In this document: in pieces, positions 51,898-64,000 of the stretch
How positions within the stretch are numbered: the first letter of the stretch is position 1
Layout of the letters: every line of letters begins with the position of its first letter
Assembly (NCBI GenBank): GCA_047967505.1
Contig: CM106538.1
Origin: Dipteris shenzhenensis
Taxonomy: Eukaryota
Length of the DNA: 64,000 nt
Strand: one strand, 5' to 3'
The notes under the pieces: generated by a model
What the model was told of the DNA's origin: nothing
Database searches by the model: none
The model's input: the letters and a program-made list of their open reading frames with translations, nothing else
Program-made: the position numbers and the translations under genes

Positions 51898-54800
51898 CAA
51901 GAATCATAACTGCATGTCAGAAAAGCATAACAGTCATCATTATAAGTGGCTGTAATATCCGGAGCAGCCAACTGAGAGTCTGAAATGCAAGACAAGAAGG
52001 CATAGTCGTGCTCCACAAAGTTGGCTGTAGCTTGCTCATTGTCAGATGCATGAGGAGCTGAATCTGAAACAGCCATACCGGAGCTGTTTTTCTTTTCTTT
52101 TGCAAGCCTCTTCTTGCATTCTCCAATGTAGTGACTGGCTTTTTGTAGTAATGACATATTCCCTTCTTCTTGGGCTTACCTGCATCACCCTTAGCCTTTT
52201 GAGAAGGCTGTCCTGAACCACTAGAAGGCTGATTTGCTGATGTCTTTGCTTGTCTCTTTACTTTAGGCTTGAATTTTGAAAGCATGGCATGTTCACCTGC
52301 TCGTGAAGCCATGTTTTTCTTGGTCTGCTCTTCCTGCAACTGAAGTCCTATCAACTCGTGAAAATTGAGAGGATTTGCACCCCCCCTCAACGACTAATTC
52401 AGTGAGGTATGAAAGCTGAGATAAGACTCAGGAAGAGAATTCAGAGTAGTGGTAATCATCTCTGAATCAGGAATGATCTCATCAATATTCAGCAATTGCT
52501 CTCGTAAATCCTGTAGCTTTGTGAGGTGCACTGACAAGGAGTCACCCTCTTCCACATGTGTATGAGACAATTCTCTTTTCAAAAAAGACACCCTGGCATG
52601 ATTCAAAGCTGCATACATGCTCTCCAAAATATCCCATGCTGCCTTTGAGCTCTTACACGACCGAATATGCGGAATGATGAATCTTTTCACTGAAAGAGAA
52701 ATACACGTGAATCCCATCTCTTTTGCTCTGGAGTGGTAGGTATAACTGCACCAATAACTTGTCCTGCAGCTGTACCCTGTGCACGACCTCTGCCTCCTCC
52801 TTGCTGGGGAGGGGTATTAGGTGCCACATTTGCTGGCCGGATCTCATCCCCATTTACATAGTCCCACAAATTACGGGAAATCAGAATGTTGCGTACCATA
52901 AAACTCCAGAGGGAGTAGTTGGTACCATCCAGCTTATCCTCTTGTGAGAGAACACTGAACTGGAAATCATTCTGATTTTGTTGAGCCATGTCTAAGTAAG
53001 AAAATACAGCAAATGCAAATCTGAATTCCCTTGCTGGGAATGGAGTGCACAATTCCCAAAAAAAATACAGCCAAACACTGGCTGAAAATGCAACTCAAAT
53101 CTCTGTAATGTCTCTGTCAGAAATCTGCCAGAGCATCCAATCTCTCCCAAAACCTGCCAAAAGTGCTTCAAAACACTTACAGAAAGGTAGTGTGAACTGA
53201 AACCTGCAAAATTGCTCTCCCAACACAAAAGCCCCAATTTGTGGCTTGAAATTGCAACCAGAAAGGGGCAAATGGTCTAAAAGCCCCAAATATTGCACAA
53301 ATTGCTCTTTGCCTGCAAAATCCCCAAATTTCACTGCAAGATTGCAGTGTGATTGCAAAAGCCCCAATTTTCTGCAAGAAATTAGCCAAACAATGGCTCT
53401 CTGCGCAAATGCCTATCACGAAACACCTTCCAGAGTCCACCTGCAAAGAAAAAATCTGCAGAAAGTACAACCTCTTCAAATTGTACGGAACTGTCCGTAC
53501 GAAATCCATACAATGTACGGACTGTACGGATTCCTGTACGGAACAATCGACTCAAATCTGTACGGCAGATGTATGACGAGCTGTACAACGAGCTATACGG
53601 CGGATGTATGACGAGCTGTACAGCGGATGTACGATGAGCTGTGTACGACGACTATACGAAACAGTACGGCTGTACGACGAAGGTACGGGCGATAGGCTAT
53701 ACGGCGATGTACAGTTGTACGGGCGATGGGCTGTACGGCGATGTGTGGACGGACCTAACGGCACGGGCTTGTACGGACCAAATCTGCAAACATGTACGGA
53801 CAGGCAGCGAGCTGTTGAGCTTGGAGCAGGGAGAGCTTTTGAGCAAGGAGCACGGAGCAGGGTCAAGCTGCTCTGATACCAAATGTGAGTTGGAGAGTGA
53901 GAGCAAAGTGTGTGAGCAGGAGAGCAAGAGAGTGAGAGCTGAAAGCAATAGTTGCAATAGAAGAGTGTAGTACAACTGAAGAGTGGGATAGGTTTTGTCT
54001 AAGTGACAAAACCTTATCCTTCACTAACCGTAGTTAGTGAACTAACTGTGGTTAGGGAAAAAAACCTCTAAAATGAGAGAAAAGTGCCCCTAACCTACTT
54101 ATTACATTACATTGGTCACTGCTAAATTATAACAATAATCCCATAAGTGTTTGCCAACTAAAATATTGTGTACCATAAAACTCCATAAGGAGTAGTTGGT
54201 ACCATCCAACTTATCCTCATGTGTGAGGACACCAAACACTTCATTGGGATTGTTTTGGGCCATAACTGCCAAAGAAAACAAAATGCAGATGCACAACCCA
54301 AAAGTGCCAAGAAATCTGTCAACAATGACAGCTAGCTATCAAAGGCTCAAAATGCACCCAAAATATCCTGCAAATGCCTAAAAATGGTCAAAGTAACATT
54401 GCAAAAATTGCAAATGTCTGCAATGCCACTCAAACTGAGTCCAAAACGGCCTCCAAGTGTTCAATTACCTCAAACATTGAGAAATTGCAGCCCAATCACA
54501 AAAGCCCCAATTTCTTGGGAGAAATTGCAACCACAAGAGGGCAAATTGACTAAAAGCCCCAAATGTTTCCAAAATTGCACTTTGTCTGCAAAAGCCCCAA
54601 ATTTCATTACAAAATTGCAGTGCAAAACCAAAAGCCCCAAATTTTTTCAACACCTGCAAAGTAAATGCAATATCTGCCCACGAATACAAAATTCCCCAAA
54701 ATTATGTGGCAGTTTCTTGCTAGAATGGCATTTGATTTCAAGTGCTCCTTCAATCCTGCATAGATTTCTTGACAGGTACGTAGGTACAGGTGACGGCTCA

Positions 54801-55475
54801 CATGCAAGCTAGCAAGAAGTACGGACAGACAGCCCGTACAATGTACGGCTATACGGAATTGAAGGAGCAGATGGTGTACAACAATAGGCTGTATGGACAT
54901 ACAATCCGTACGGTGTACGGACTGTATGGCATATCTACTGTACGACATGGCGACATGTATGGACAATGTGCGGGAGATCAACTGCAGGTACGGCAACGCA
55001 TACGGACGATGTACGTCGTTTGTAAGGACACCTCTGGCTGCATATACAGATGCTTGCTATACGGATCTGCTACATGTGGCATGGGTGGCGTGGCTATACG
55101 GACAATGTAACCTGCAACAATACGGTGGACTTGTACGGGAGCAATACGGAACAGCAACAGCAACAAACTTTGCACGTGTGGACAGGGGTAGTACAACCGA
55201 CAAGCGTTTGTACGGAATAGCAACAAGAGCTTGAGCAATAGGTACCAATGCAGGAGCTTAGCAAGGCTCTGATACCAAATGAAGAATGCAAGAGGGAGCA
55301 GATAAGATCGAGGAAAACATACAGGAGGTGAAGGTTTTGTCAAAGTAACAAAACCTAAACCTATCCACTAACCATAGTTAAGGATCCTAATTGTGGTTAG
55401 GGGGGAAAACCTCTAATGAGGGAAAAGTGCCCCTAACTCACTTATTGACTATACATTGGTCACCGCCATGAATTA
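43719..55475 (-). mobile_element. Ty1/copia element (outer), degenerate, with gag interrupted by a related copia
   Basis: 3' LTR 43719-43897 with adjacent PPT; 5' LTR 55280-~55475 (truncated); PBS 55266-55277. Motifs WYFDSGATKHI, QQNGKAER, YGLKQAPRAW, YVDD, SCEAEY. Confidence 0.92.
48016..54134 (-). mobile_element. Ty1/copia element (inner), nested in the gag of the outer element
   Basis: LTRs 48016-48284 and 53884-54134; PBS 53870-53881; TSD ATAAT (48011-48015 and 54135-54139). Removing it restores KHLWDYVNGDE. Gag, INT, RT and RNase H fragments present. Confidence 0.95.
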
Positions 55476-57340
55476 GCTCTCGCCTCTTTGCACTCGTCAT
55501 CAAACTACAGCCCTCTGGGAAGCAAGTGAGTCTTCCAAAGGATGGCCATCTATGAAGACCATTCCAGATGATCACGTCGTGGATAGCTCCTAGCTCAAGC
55601 AGATGTCGTCCATATCCTGTCACCTACAGGGCATCTGCAGAGTGCCTCAATATCCAAAGCTATGCTGAATCTAGCTCCAAGACTATGTGTCAATCTATGT
55701 CATCCGTGAAGTCAAGTAAAGCAGCCTGCCTTTTCCTGTCCATGCATTGAAATTCCCTAGGTCTCCCTATCTGATAGAACTCCATGATGTCATCATAGAT
55801 CGTCTCATATGGGCTATGTCCATCTGTAGTGACGTGTCGGGATGATGTGTCCGGAGTAAAATAGCACACCGCAATGAAGATAGGTCGAGCATCTAGAAGC
55901 TGAATTCGTATCCACATGTGTCGTGCATGCTCCTCTCTCCGAACCACAGATATGAGTGGTCTCAGGTGTGATTTGAAAAGGACAGCCACCCCCTCGGAGC
56001 CTCGTACTCTGCTATCTCTCCTCAACTCCCTCCTATGGGCTGACTCCCAAACATATCTTGTCAGTATAGGCAGCCCTCTCTCAAGGCTCTCTCGTTTCTT
56101 GGTGTAGAAGATCAGGTCTCTTTCAGTGTATGTCTTTGAGAAGCCCCCAGGGTCGGACCAAAGGTTGCCATTGCAATTCCACACCGCTATCTTCAGCTTA
56201 TTGTGTGCTCTTATCTCATAGGTCTCACACCGTCATGTGTTGTTTGCTACACCTTCTTCCCTCTCTCCTCTTTCTGCCCTCTCTCGGATAATCACCTTAC
56301 TATCTCTGTAGGCTGCCCATTTCCCTTCTTGCCTTGCTGCCATAACTCACACCATCCCCTCCCTCCTGTACTCTTGTTGTAGGAGTGTGAGATCATCATC
56401 TAAAAAGATTTTGGTGCCCTTCATGGATCTAACATTTGCTGTTCGCAACTTAATTACCATGGGCCTTGTCGGTGCATCTGCCTTACCCACTCTCCAAGCT
56501 GATTCACAAGTGAGGTTGACACCCATCTTTTCAACTAAAGCCTTGGCAGGTGACATGGGGGTGTCACATACTATAAAGCCTCTTATCAGTTCATTCATCG
56601 CCTTATTGTTACGCCCCTTTTCTTCCTCCAAACTTTCAGAGATGAGCTCTCTTTTGGGTGCTGTTGTGCCTTTTTTCAGTACATCCTTCCATGCAAGCAT
56701 ATTTGCCTTCCCCTTCATGATCTACTGTGTGAACTCAACATATTTCCCCTGCATAGTGGCTTGCAAGGCTGCCATTTCCTTCTTGAGCTGCTCATTCTCA
56801 GATTTCAGCTCATCAATGAGCTTACATCCCTCTTCTGAGGTCCCCTTTGTGTCCTTGATAGGTGGCTGAAGCTCCCCTTCCTCCCAATGTGCACCTGCCT
56901 ACAACTTCTCATTCTCGTCTTTGAAAGTGGTGACTTTGACTTCTAGCATCTCAATTTGGGAGGCAAGAGAGCTGGTTTTCTCATTTAGCATTAAGGCTAC
57001 ATCTTTTGCCCATTTCGTTGCTGTTTCTTCATGTCATCTTGTAATTGAGCACATAGGTTGGAGAGCTCATCATTCTGGTTTTCCCCTAGTTTCTTCTATA
57101 TGCATTCAAGCTCAGCATCCTGAAATTTAAACACCTCCTTGATTGTTGATATGCATCCTTTGATATTCTTGTCTTATATTATCTCCGCTTTGGTCCAAAT
57201 GACATTATATTTGCGCTCCTTTTCGCCTCTGGTTTTTCGATCCTCTGGGCTGCCCATTGTTCCCATTTGGTCCCTTTCTTGATCAGTCCTAACGGGCTGT
57301 TCTGTGTTTGCATGTACGATAAGTTGGAGAGGCCTGTAGA
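55476..57340 (-). mobile_element. RTE/RTEX-type LINE 5' part: ORF1 remnant plus APE endonuclease
   Basis: WNCNG, GVAVLF, IFIAVCYF, GRHLLEL..IWNG; upstream coiled-coil and AWRVG..RPMVIKL..KIFLDDDLT. Probably the 5' half of 41360-43718. Confidence 0.75.
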
Positions 57341-57689
57341 AGACCCCCGCGGGGGGGGGGATTGTCGGAGAGGTAATGTGCCTACTGAGGGCCCCAAGAG
57401 AGCCCTGTAGGGGCTGCTAGGCTGTCGCCTAGCATGTAGCAGCTCCAAACGAGGGCGCAACAGCGCCAGCTCCATGGCGGAGAGCACAAACAGCAGCAAG
57501 GGGCGCAGGCGCACAAACGGCGCGGCCAATAGCAAAGGGCACCACATGGGATGCCACGCAAGCAAGAAGGTGTGCGCCACAAGTGCCAGCAACCGGCCGA
57601 GGCAAGCGGGAGGGAGGGGGGAAGGGAGGCAGGCAGGAGGGAGGGAGGCAAGGGAGCCTGAAAGTCTATGCATGCACAAGGTCGAGCTT

Positions 57690-57810
57690 TGGAACAAGCT
57701 GAATTCCGGTGGTAGCACTCTACCCTTGATCATATTTTCAATCTTTGGACCATCATCGAGGAGGCAAAGTCGAGATCCCTCAAAGCCTATCCATGCTTTG
57801 TAGATTTTTA
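57690..57810 (+). mobile_element. RTE-type RT fragment interrupted by L1 copy B
   Basis: HSTLDHIFNLWTIIEEAKSRSLKAYPCFVDF, ending at the T-rich L1 tail. Confidence 0.7.
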
Positions 57811-60800
57811 TTTTTATTTTTATTTTTATTTTTGCAAAAAAGAGACTTCTATTAAGTGAGAAAGAAACTCGGTAGAGCAAGCTCTGTGCAAAAATACAAC
57901 ATGCTAAGCATGTGATAAAAAACACCTCAGAAGAATGAGGTAGAAAGAAACCAAGGCTGAGGCTGAAAATGCCAACTCAACCTTGTAGAAGTCAAGGCAA
58001 GGAAGGGAGAGTCTCTCCAATCCCTGAGAAAAGTAACTCTCCTGGAGGAGGTTGCTCGAGAGGATCCCTGCATGGTCGCCCATATGGCCATCAAAGTGTG
58101 TACCGTATCTGTCCAAGTACTACCCAAGATTTGAGAAGGGTGAACCTGAGAACCCTCCATTCCCTCAGTGCATCTGGCTCTCCAAATGTGCCATGCTGCA
58201 ATGCTAGCTAAAACCTCCCATGGAGAGTCAACCGAGGAATGAGCAGCCCCCTGAAGAGAGTGGCCGGAACATCCTCTAAAGAGCACGACTCCACAAGGTG
58301 TCGTCGGATGTGTAGAGCCCAAGACGAGTCATGTCTCTCGAAGAAAACCTGGAGCCCTGAAAGAGTGAGCCAAGCCACTAATCCCCAGGTCATATAGAAG
58401 GGGAGGTGAACAAGAGTGCTGAAAAGTCTTGCAATCCCCTTCCATATGATTCTCGCCTGTCTGCAATCCCAAAGGCAGTGCTGTACTGTCTCCAAAGCAG
58501 AAAGGCAACGAGAGCAAGTAGGGTCAGCCCCGAACCTGGATCTCCAATGATTCACTGCTATCCCACCATGAATAGAAAGCCAAAAGAAGAGTGATTTTTC
58601 TATTCCGGTGGGATTTCCAAAGCCTCTGCCAAAAAAAATTTTCCAAGTTTGCAGAACTCTGATAATTCTCCCAATGAGGAGCTCTGGTGGGCCTCCAACC
58701 CCTACAACTGAGCTGGAATTTCGTGGCATTACTAACCGTGTAACGAAAGAAGGGGATGCCCTTCTCTCGGTGCCCTTCATCTATCCACTCCCATTCCCAA
58801 GGGTCCCACTGCAAAAACTTAATTGGGACACCTCCATAGAGCCACAGCCTCCATCAGCCCAGGGCAATGAGTAGCGGCTCAGGATCCAAGTACCACTGTC
58901 AAAGAGAACCATGCTCCATGAAGCCCACTATCCTGACTGGCTGAAACGATACCTCCAACAATATATCGTCTGTGGACTTGGATAACCTACCCCTTGAAGA
59001 AACATGAAAGACTAGGGCATCCTCATGTGTGTTACGTAAAGCAATCACCTGCAAAGTAATGCCCAATCTGGAAAATGCCCCCATCCAGGTGGAACAAGTA
59101 ATAGGCATGTCATCTTTGTCCACCCAATACAAGGCTGCATCAATCTGTTCGACTCTCGCTGCACTCCCTCTGAGATTATGAACCACCTCAGCCTGTCGGC
59201 CTGCAGGAAGCCTCATGAAGGCTTTCCATGCTCCCACAGTAGATGCAGGGCCCCTCTCCCATCTGGGCCACTGCATGTAAAGAGAAGCTCCAAGTGGTCT
59301 GCCATGCTCATCAAAAATAATGTCGTTCCACATGATAGGCTGCCTTTCAATCTCTTCACGGGTGGACGGGGGAATCCTGCGAAGAGTACTTCTAAAGTTG
59401 GCCCATGCTTTCAAGATAGCAACCATAAGAGGGGAAGAGGCAGATCTGAGGTCGGCTGTGGTGAAAACCCATCTGGTACTGTGTATCCAATCATCTCCTG
59501 AAGTGGGTGTGCGAGATTGTATGCAGCTGATAAAAAAGTCCTTCCAAGGCTCTTGCCCTGGCATAAATTCTCTCACAACGACCTTGCAGAGTAAGTCTCT
59601 GCACTGTAGATCCGGGTCAATGATATTCAAACCCCCTTCTCTTGTAGGAAGAATCAAGGTCTCCCAAGCCACCCTTGCTGTAACATCAGTTGTGCCATCT
59701 AGACCACTCCATAAAAAGTTTCGTACGGACCTCTTGAGCTGAGCGATAATATCCCTAGAGTGGCACCAACAAGAGCATACAAACCATGCTGTGACTAGAA
59801 GAACCTGGTTAACCACCACCACTCTAGATGCCAAGTTAAGTTTGGCTGAGCTCCAGAAAAGGAGCTTTCTTCTTATGCTCTCCAACACCGTGGCAAACTA
59901 TTGTGAAGGAGAGATGCCCACCCCAACCTGGCAGCCCAGATATCTGACCGAGACACCCCTCTATATCCAAGTGAAACCAATATCATCACCCCAATCCAGG
60001 GTGTCATCATCGCAAATCCAAAAAATATTGGATTTATGCCAATTAATGTGTGCACCTGCAGCCGTGCAAAATAAATCCAAGGCTGTCCGGAAGGAAGTGA
60101 GTGTCCTGGGGGAGGCATCCAAAAAAACAGCCGTGTCATCTACCAACTCACTATCGAGAAGCTCTTCTTCCCGGCGAAGAGGAAGCCTCAGCCCATAAAT
60201 ATCAGCTTGAGATCTAAGGTAGATACTCATAGCTTCCGCCACAAACAAAAAAAGAAAAGGGGCAAGAGGACATCCCTTGCGGACTGATCTACCGATCTGA
60301 AATCTGTCCCCTCTTACCCCCCCAATAAGCACCTGGCTATGGGCTGATCTGTAGAGAGAGGATACTCCTCTAATCCATGCATCTGAAAAACCAAAGCGAG
60401 ATAGAGTACCCTCTAAAAAATACCAGTCTACTCTGTCGTAAGCTTTCTCAAAGTCCAAGAGTAGAATGGCCAACCTCTAGCGGCTCTGCATGGCCCATTC
60501 TGAGGCCTCCCAAAATGAGAAAATATTATCAAAATTACTTCTGCCATGCACAAACCCTGTCTGTGTGTCATTGTGGAAGAAAAACCCGTAGCCGCATACT
60601 GATGGCTTTCACCAGAATCTTGTAAAAAGTGCCCAATAGAGTGATGAGTCTCCATTGTGATACTAGATTCCTATTACCCCCCTTTGGGATGAGATGAATG
60701 AGACACCATCTATAAGTGAGTCAGGCATCTCACCAGAGTCCCACATGCCCTGCAGGGCTGATGTAATGTGATCACCAATCTGCTCCCAAAAAGTAATAAA

Positions 60801-63800
60801 AAAAGAAGAGGTATGTCCATCCGAACCTGGGCACTTGCCCTTGTGAAGGGCAAGTAATGCAGTCTTGAATTCTACATTCTACATTGGTGAAAGGTGCATC
60901 AAGAGAAACATACATCTCATCCTTCACCAATACAAGGATACACTGCCAAATAACCTCTCTAGCATCATCTATGGCCTGTGTGCCCGGATCTGCAGTAAAA
61001 AGGAATGCAAAAAAATCTAAAGCTACCCGCATGACGGCATCAGGATCTGACTGTAACACCCCGTCTGAGTCAACAAGCTGCGAGACACTATCTCTACTAT
61101 GTCGGCCCATGAGTAGAGAAAAAGTGTTTGTTGACCCTTCCACCCATCTGAATCCAAAAGGATTCCCATGCATGAAAGGCATACTCTGCTCTCTGGTCCA
61201 ACAATATCTGTATATGAGCCCTTCCTACAGCAAGGCGCTCCTGAATCCAAGCATCTGTGGGCCTCTTCTGCTCTTCCCTCTGAAGGGATGCTAACTGCTG
61301 GCATATACCAATCTCATGTCTAAGAATCTCACATCTCCTAGAATCAGCGACTATATGATAATAGTCACTAATTCCGGATAAGGATGCAACTACCTGAGAT
61401 GGGCGGACAACTCCACCCTGTATGTGAGAAACCCAAATCTGTAAAATATCCTCCGTGAGGCTCTCCTCTGCATAAAAAGCATCCGGAATCCTGACGCTGG
61501 CAGAGCGTCCTCTCCGATGAGGCTCAAGAATCTGCAACACCACTGGAAAATGATATGAGGTGGTAAGCCGCAGTGGAAATGCATACAGATCCGCCTCTGT
61601 CAAGTGCCCAATCGTCTACATAAATTCTGTCAATACGTGCATGGATGGGCATGTGTACTCTCCTCTTCGACCAAGAGTACACGAGTGACTGTGGCCTAAT
61701 ATGAAAGGCATCATCAAACCAACTGTCCCTACCACTGTACTGAAACAGAAAGGCATCCCATGCTGCCCTCTCCAAAGGATGAATTCCACCCTGTCTGCCT
61801 CCCTTTTTGTCTGATGGCAATTCAACCATGTTGAAATCGCCATCAATGATCCAAGAATCTGCAATGGGAGCCCGAGATAGTAACTCCTTCCAAAAGGAGA
61901 CTCGCTCCCCTCTGTTGTAGGGGACACACAGATTGAGAAGACCAATCTTACGCCCTCCGAGCTCTAGAGAGGGAGATAATACCATGACCAGCAACCAAGG
62001 GTAGAATAGAGGAGAGACCGAAATGCAAGTACCTCCCCTTATGCCCATAGCAGGCGACCAGAAGGTATGTCCTAAAAGAAGTTTGCCAGACTTAGAGCAA
62101 TCATTGGCATCCAACTTGTGTTCCTAGATAAAAAGGATATCAATAGCACCTCCAGTGACACTTGGATGAACTTGATTCTGGATCAGCTGCCTACAGCGAT
62201 GATGTGGAACTCCGCCTAGGCCCTGTATGTTCCAGCTAACTATCCTCATCGACAAGAGGATGCTGGGTGGAAAGGCTTACCCGACCTAGTAGAGGAGACC
62301 AGCTTCCCTAGGCCGAAACACTCCTGCTGAGGGCAAGAAACTCAACAGGCGAAACGATCTCCACACCTGCTGAGGGGAAGGCCCTATCAAAAGGAATCCC
62401 AATGACCGGGACCCCTAAGGTGCAGGGCACAAACTCCTCCTCGTCCATGAAAGTCGCCGAGTCTGCCAATGCCGAAAAAGAGTTCCTGAGAAGCAGGTCT
62501 GGCCGAGGAGTGCGAAGAAGACCTGAACTCGTGGAAGATGGAGGAGAAGGACCTGCTAGGCCTCTATCAGCAGAACTGGAGCTGGGGGCTGAGGAGGCCT
62601 GTGGCTGGGCTGAAGAGGAATCTTGAGTCCTCATCTGTGCATGCAATCCCTCAGTGGTCCTGACTGTGGCAGGAACAGTCTGTGGGGAAGAAGTATCGGT
62701 AGCCCCCTCATGATCAGAAACCAAAGTGACTGGGGCTCGTACTAGTGCATCTAAAGACCCCTCCTGATGTGGAACTGTGGGGCTGCAGCAACATCTACCT
62801 CTGGAGTCTGGATGGCGTCTGTCTGAATCGGATCAAAGGTCTCCTCCTGAGGTAAGAGCGCCGCTCTGATCGCTCTCCATCGAGGTAATGGATGTGCTGC
62901 GGTCTTTAAGCACCCTGGTGGCCCTGCGGTGCACGAAGCAGGGCACCCTGCTGCTCCTGGTGGTCCTGGAGTGCGTGGTACAGGGCGTTGGGAAGGTGCA
63001 GTCGAGGTAGTACGTGAAGGAGCCGCACCAGAAGACCTCTTGGGTCTTTTTCTCTTCCTTGGGCAATCTCTAGCAAAGTGCCCAAGGGTCCTGCAAATCC
63101 TGCACTGGTCCTGTCTACCTGCAATCTCGACTCTTTGTCGAAAAAGAGAGCCATCTGGGCGCTGAAGCATGATGTGGTCATCTAAGATGTTAGGGTCAGA
63201 GACAATGCCCCTAACTTGAGGCACCCTGTCCGCTCTGACTACCTCTGCCGAGGAAGAAGGCATGCCAGGAAGGGGAGGGATCTCAGTGTCCACTCTGAAT
63301 GTGGCTCTGATAGTAGCAAAAAGTCGATGGTAGACTTGAGGAAGTCCAAGAAATCTAATGAACAGTGATGTGACCTAACTGTCCTCCTCGACCGGATCCA
63401 AGCCCAAGGTGTAGGGCAAAAGAAAAATCCTCCTTGAACCCAAAGCCTGAGGATTAGCTTTGAGAACAAGGGCCGTGGACGTGTGGGAGTCGAAAACCAC
63501 TTGGAAGAATCCACGTCCCAAAAGTCGAATATCCTTAAAGTGTGGGGCGAGATCTCCTGGTAATGTCGGTAGCATCTAGTCTGTGACCTGTGATCTGGAA
63601 GGGTGTGACCCAAAGATGCGGGCGAAAAGTGATGTGGAGCCTTCTAGTTCCACATCTTTCTTGAGCTTCTGCAACTCGTCTTTTGAGAAAATGACGGTTC
63701 TCGCGGCCAGTGGAGGTGGACGAAGATTGGCTGAGTGGGGATCCATTCGCCAATCGAAGTGAAAGGGTCGATTCACACACTAAAAAAGCTCTGTCCGTGA

Positions 63801-64000
63801 AACTGCTGCCCAGGACGCCCTAGAACACGGACGCAGGAAGAAGGAGAACAACAGAGGGAAGGAGAGAGAGGAAGAGGAGGAAAGGAGTCGGGGGGGGGGG
63901 GGGGGAGAAGGAGGAAGGCTGCGGGGGGAGGCGGAGGGGGCGGGGAGGCAGAGGGAGGGCAGGGGAGAGGAAAGGAAAGGAGGGGGCGGGTCAGGAAGGG
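57806..64000 (-). mobile_element. near-full-length L1-type LINE (copy B); 5' UTR runs off the right edge
   Basis: Reverse-complement match to copy A throughout ORF1 and ORF2; (TAAAAA)n-type tail at 57806-57833; G-rich stretch on + at 63840-64000. Confidence 0.95.

Noticed and set aside
53552-55343. Multiple Tyr/Cys/Thr-rich ORFs
   Set aside because: Artefacts of the GTACG repeats in the copia leaders
57179-57925. 248-aa minus-strand ORF
   Set aside because: Crosses the L1 tail (KIKIKIK), an antisense RTE fragment and a GC-rich low-complexity stretch; not coherent
35752-64000. Search for the next upstream OSC exon
   Set aside because: No matching exon found by eye; a short exon could have been missed, so tBLASTN is needed

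Overview
Plant nuclear DNA, most likely a fern: introns are very large, and an embedded mitochondrial nad7 fragment shows an editing pattern consistent with fern-type C-to-U plus U-to-C editing. The only host gene I can support is the 3' part of a minus-strand oxidosqualene cyclase (cycloartenol-synthase-like). Six phase-consistent GT-AG exons (47, 144, 178, 81, 84 and 117 nt) lie between 35751 and 12936, in three pairs separated by TE-filled introns of 7.3 kb and 14.5 kb, plus an upstream intron of apparently >28 kb. Most of the remaining sequence is nested transposon debris: Ty1/copia (one nearly intact, and one nested in a relative), Ty3/gypsy, L1-type and RTE/RTEX-type LINEs, an intron-containing hAT transposase and a TRIM-like element. 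The most unusual items are the unedited nad7 NUMT inside a LINE, an in-frame amber stop shared by three L1 ORF1 copies, an inverted pair of near-full-length L1s bracketing two exons, a 544-bp duplication flanking a patchwork insert, and a structured 199-bp retroposed insert with a perfect 17-bp TSD. I found no clear evidence for a wholly new gene system. TE boundaries without LTR/TSD support are approximate.
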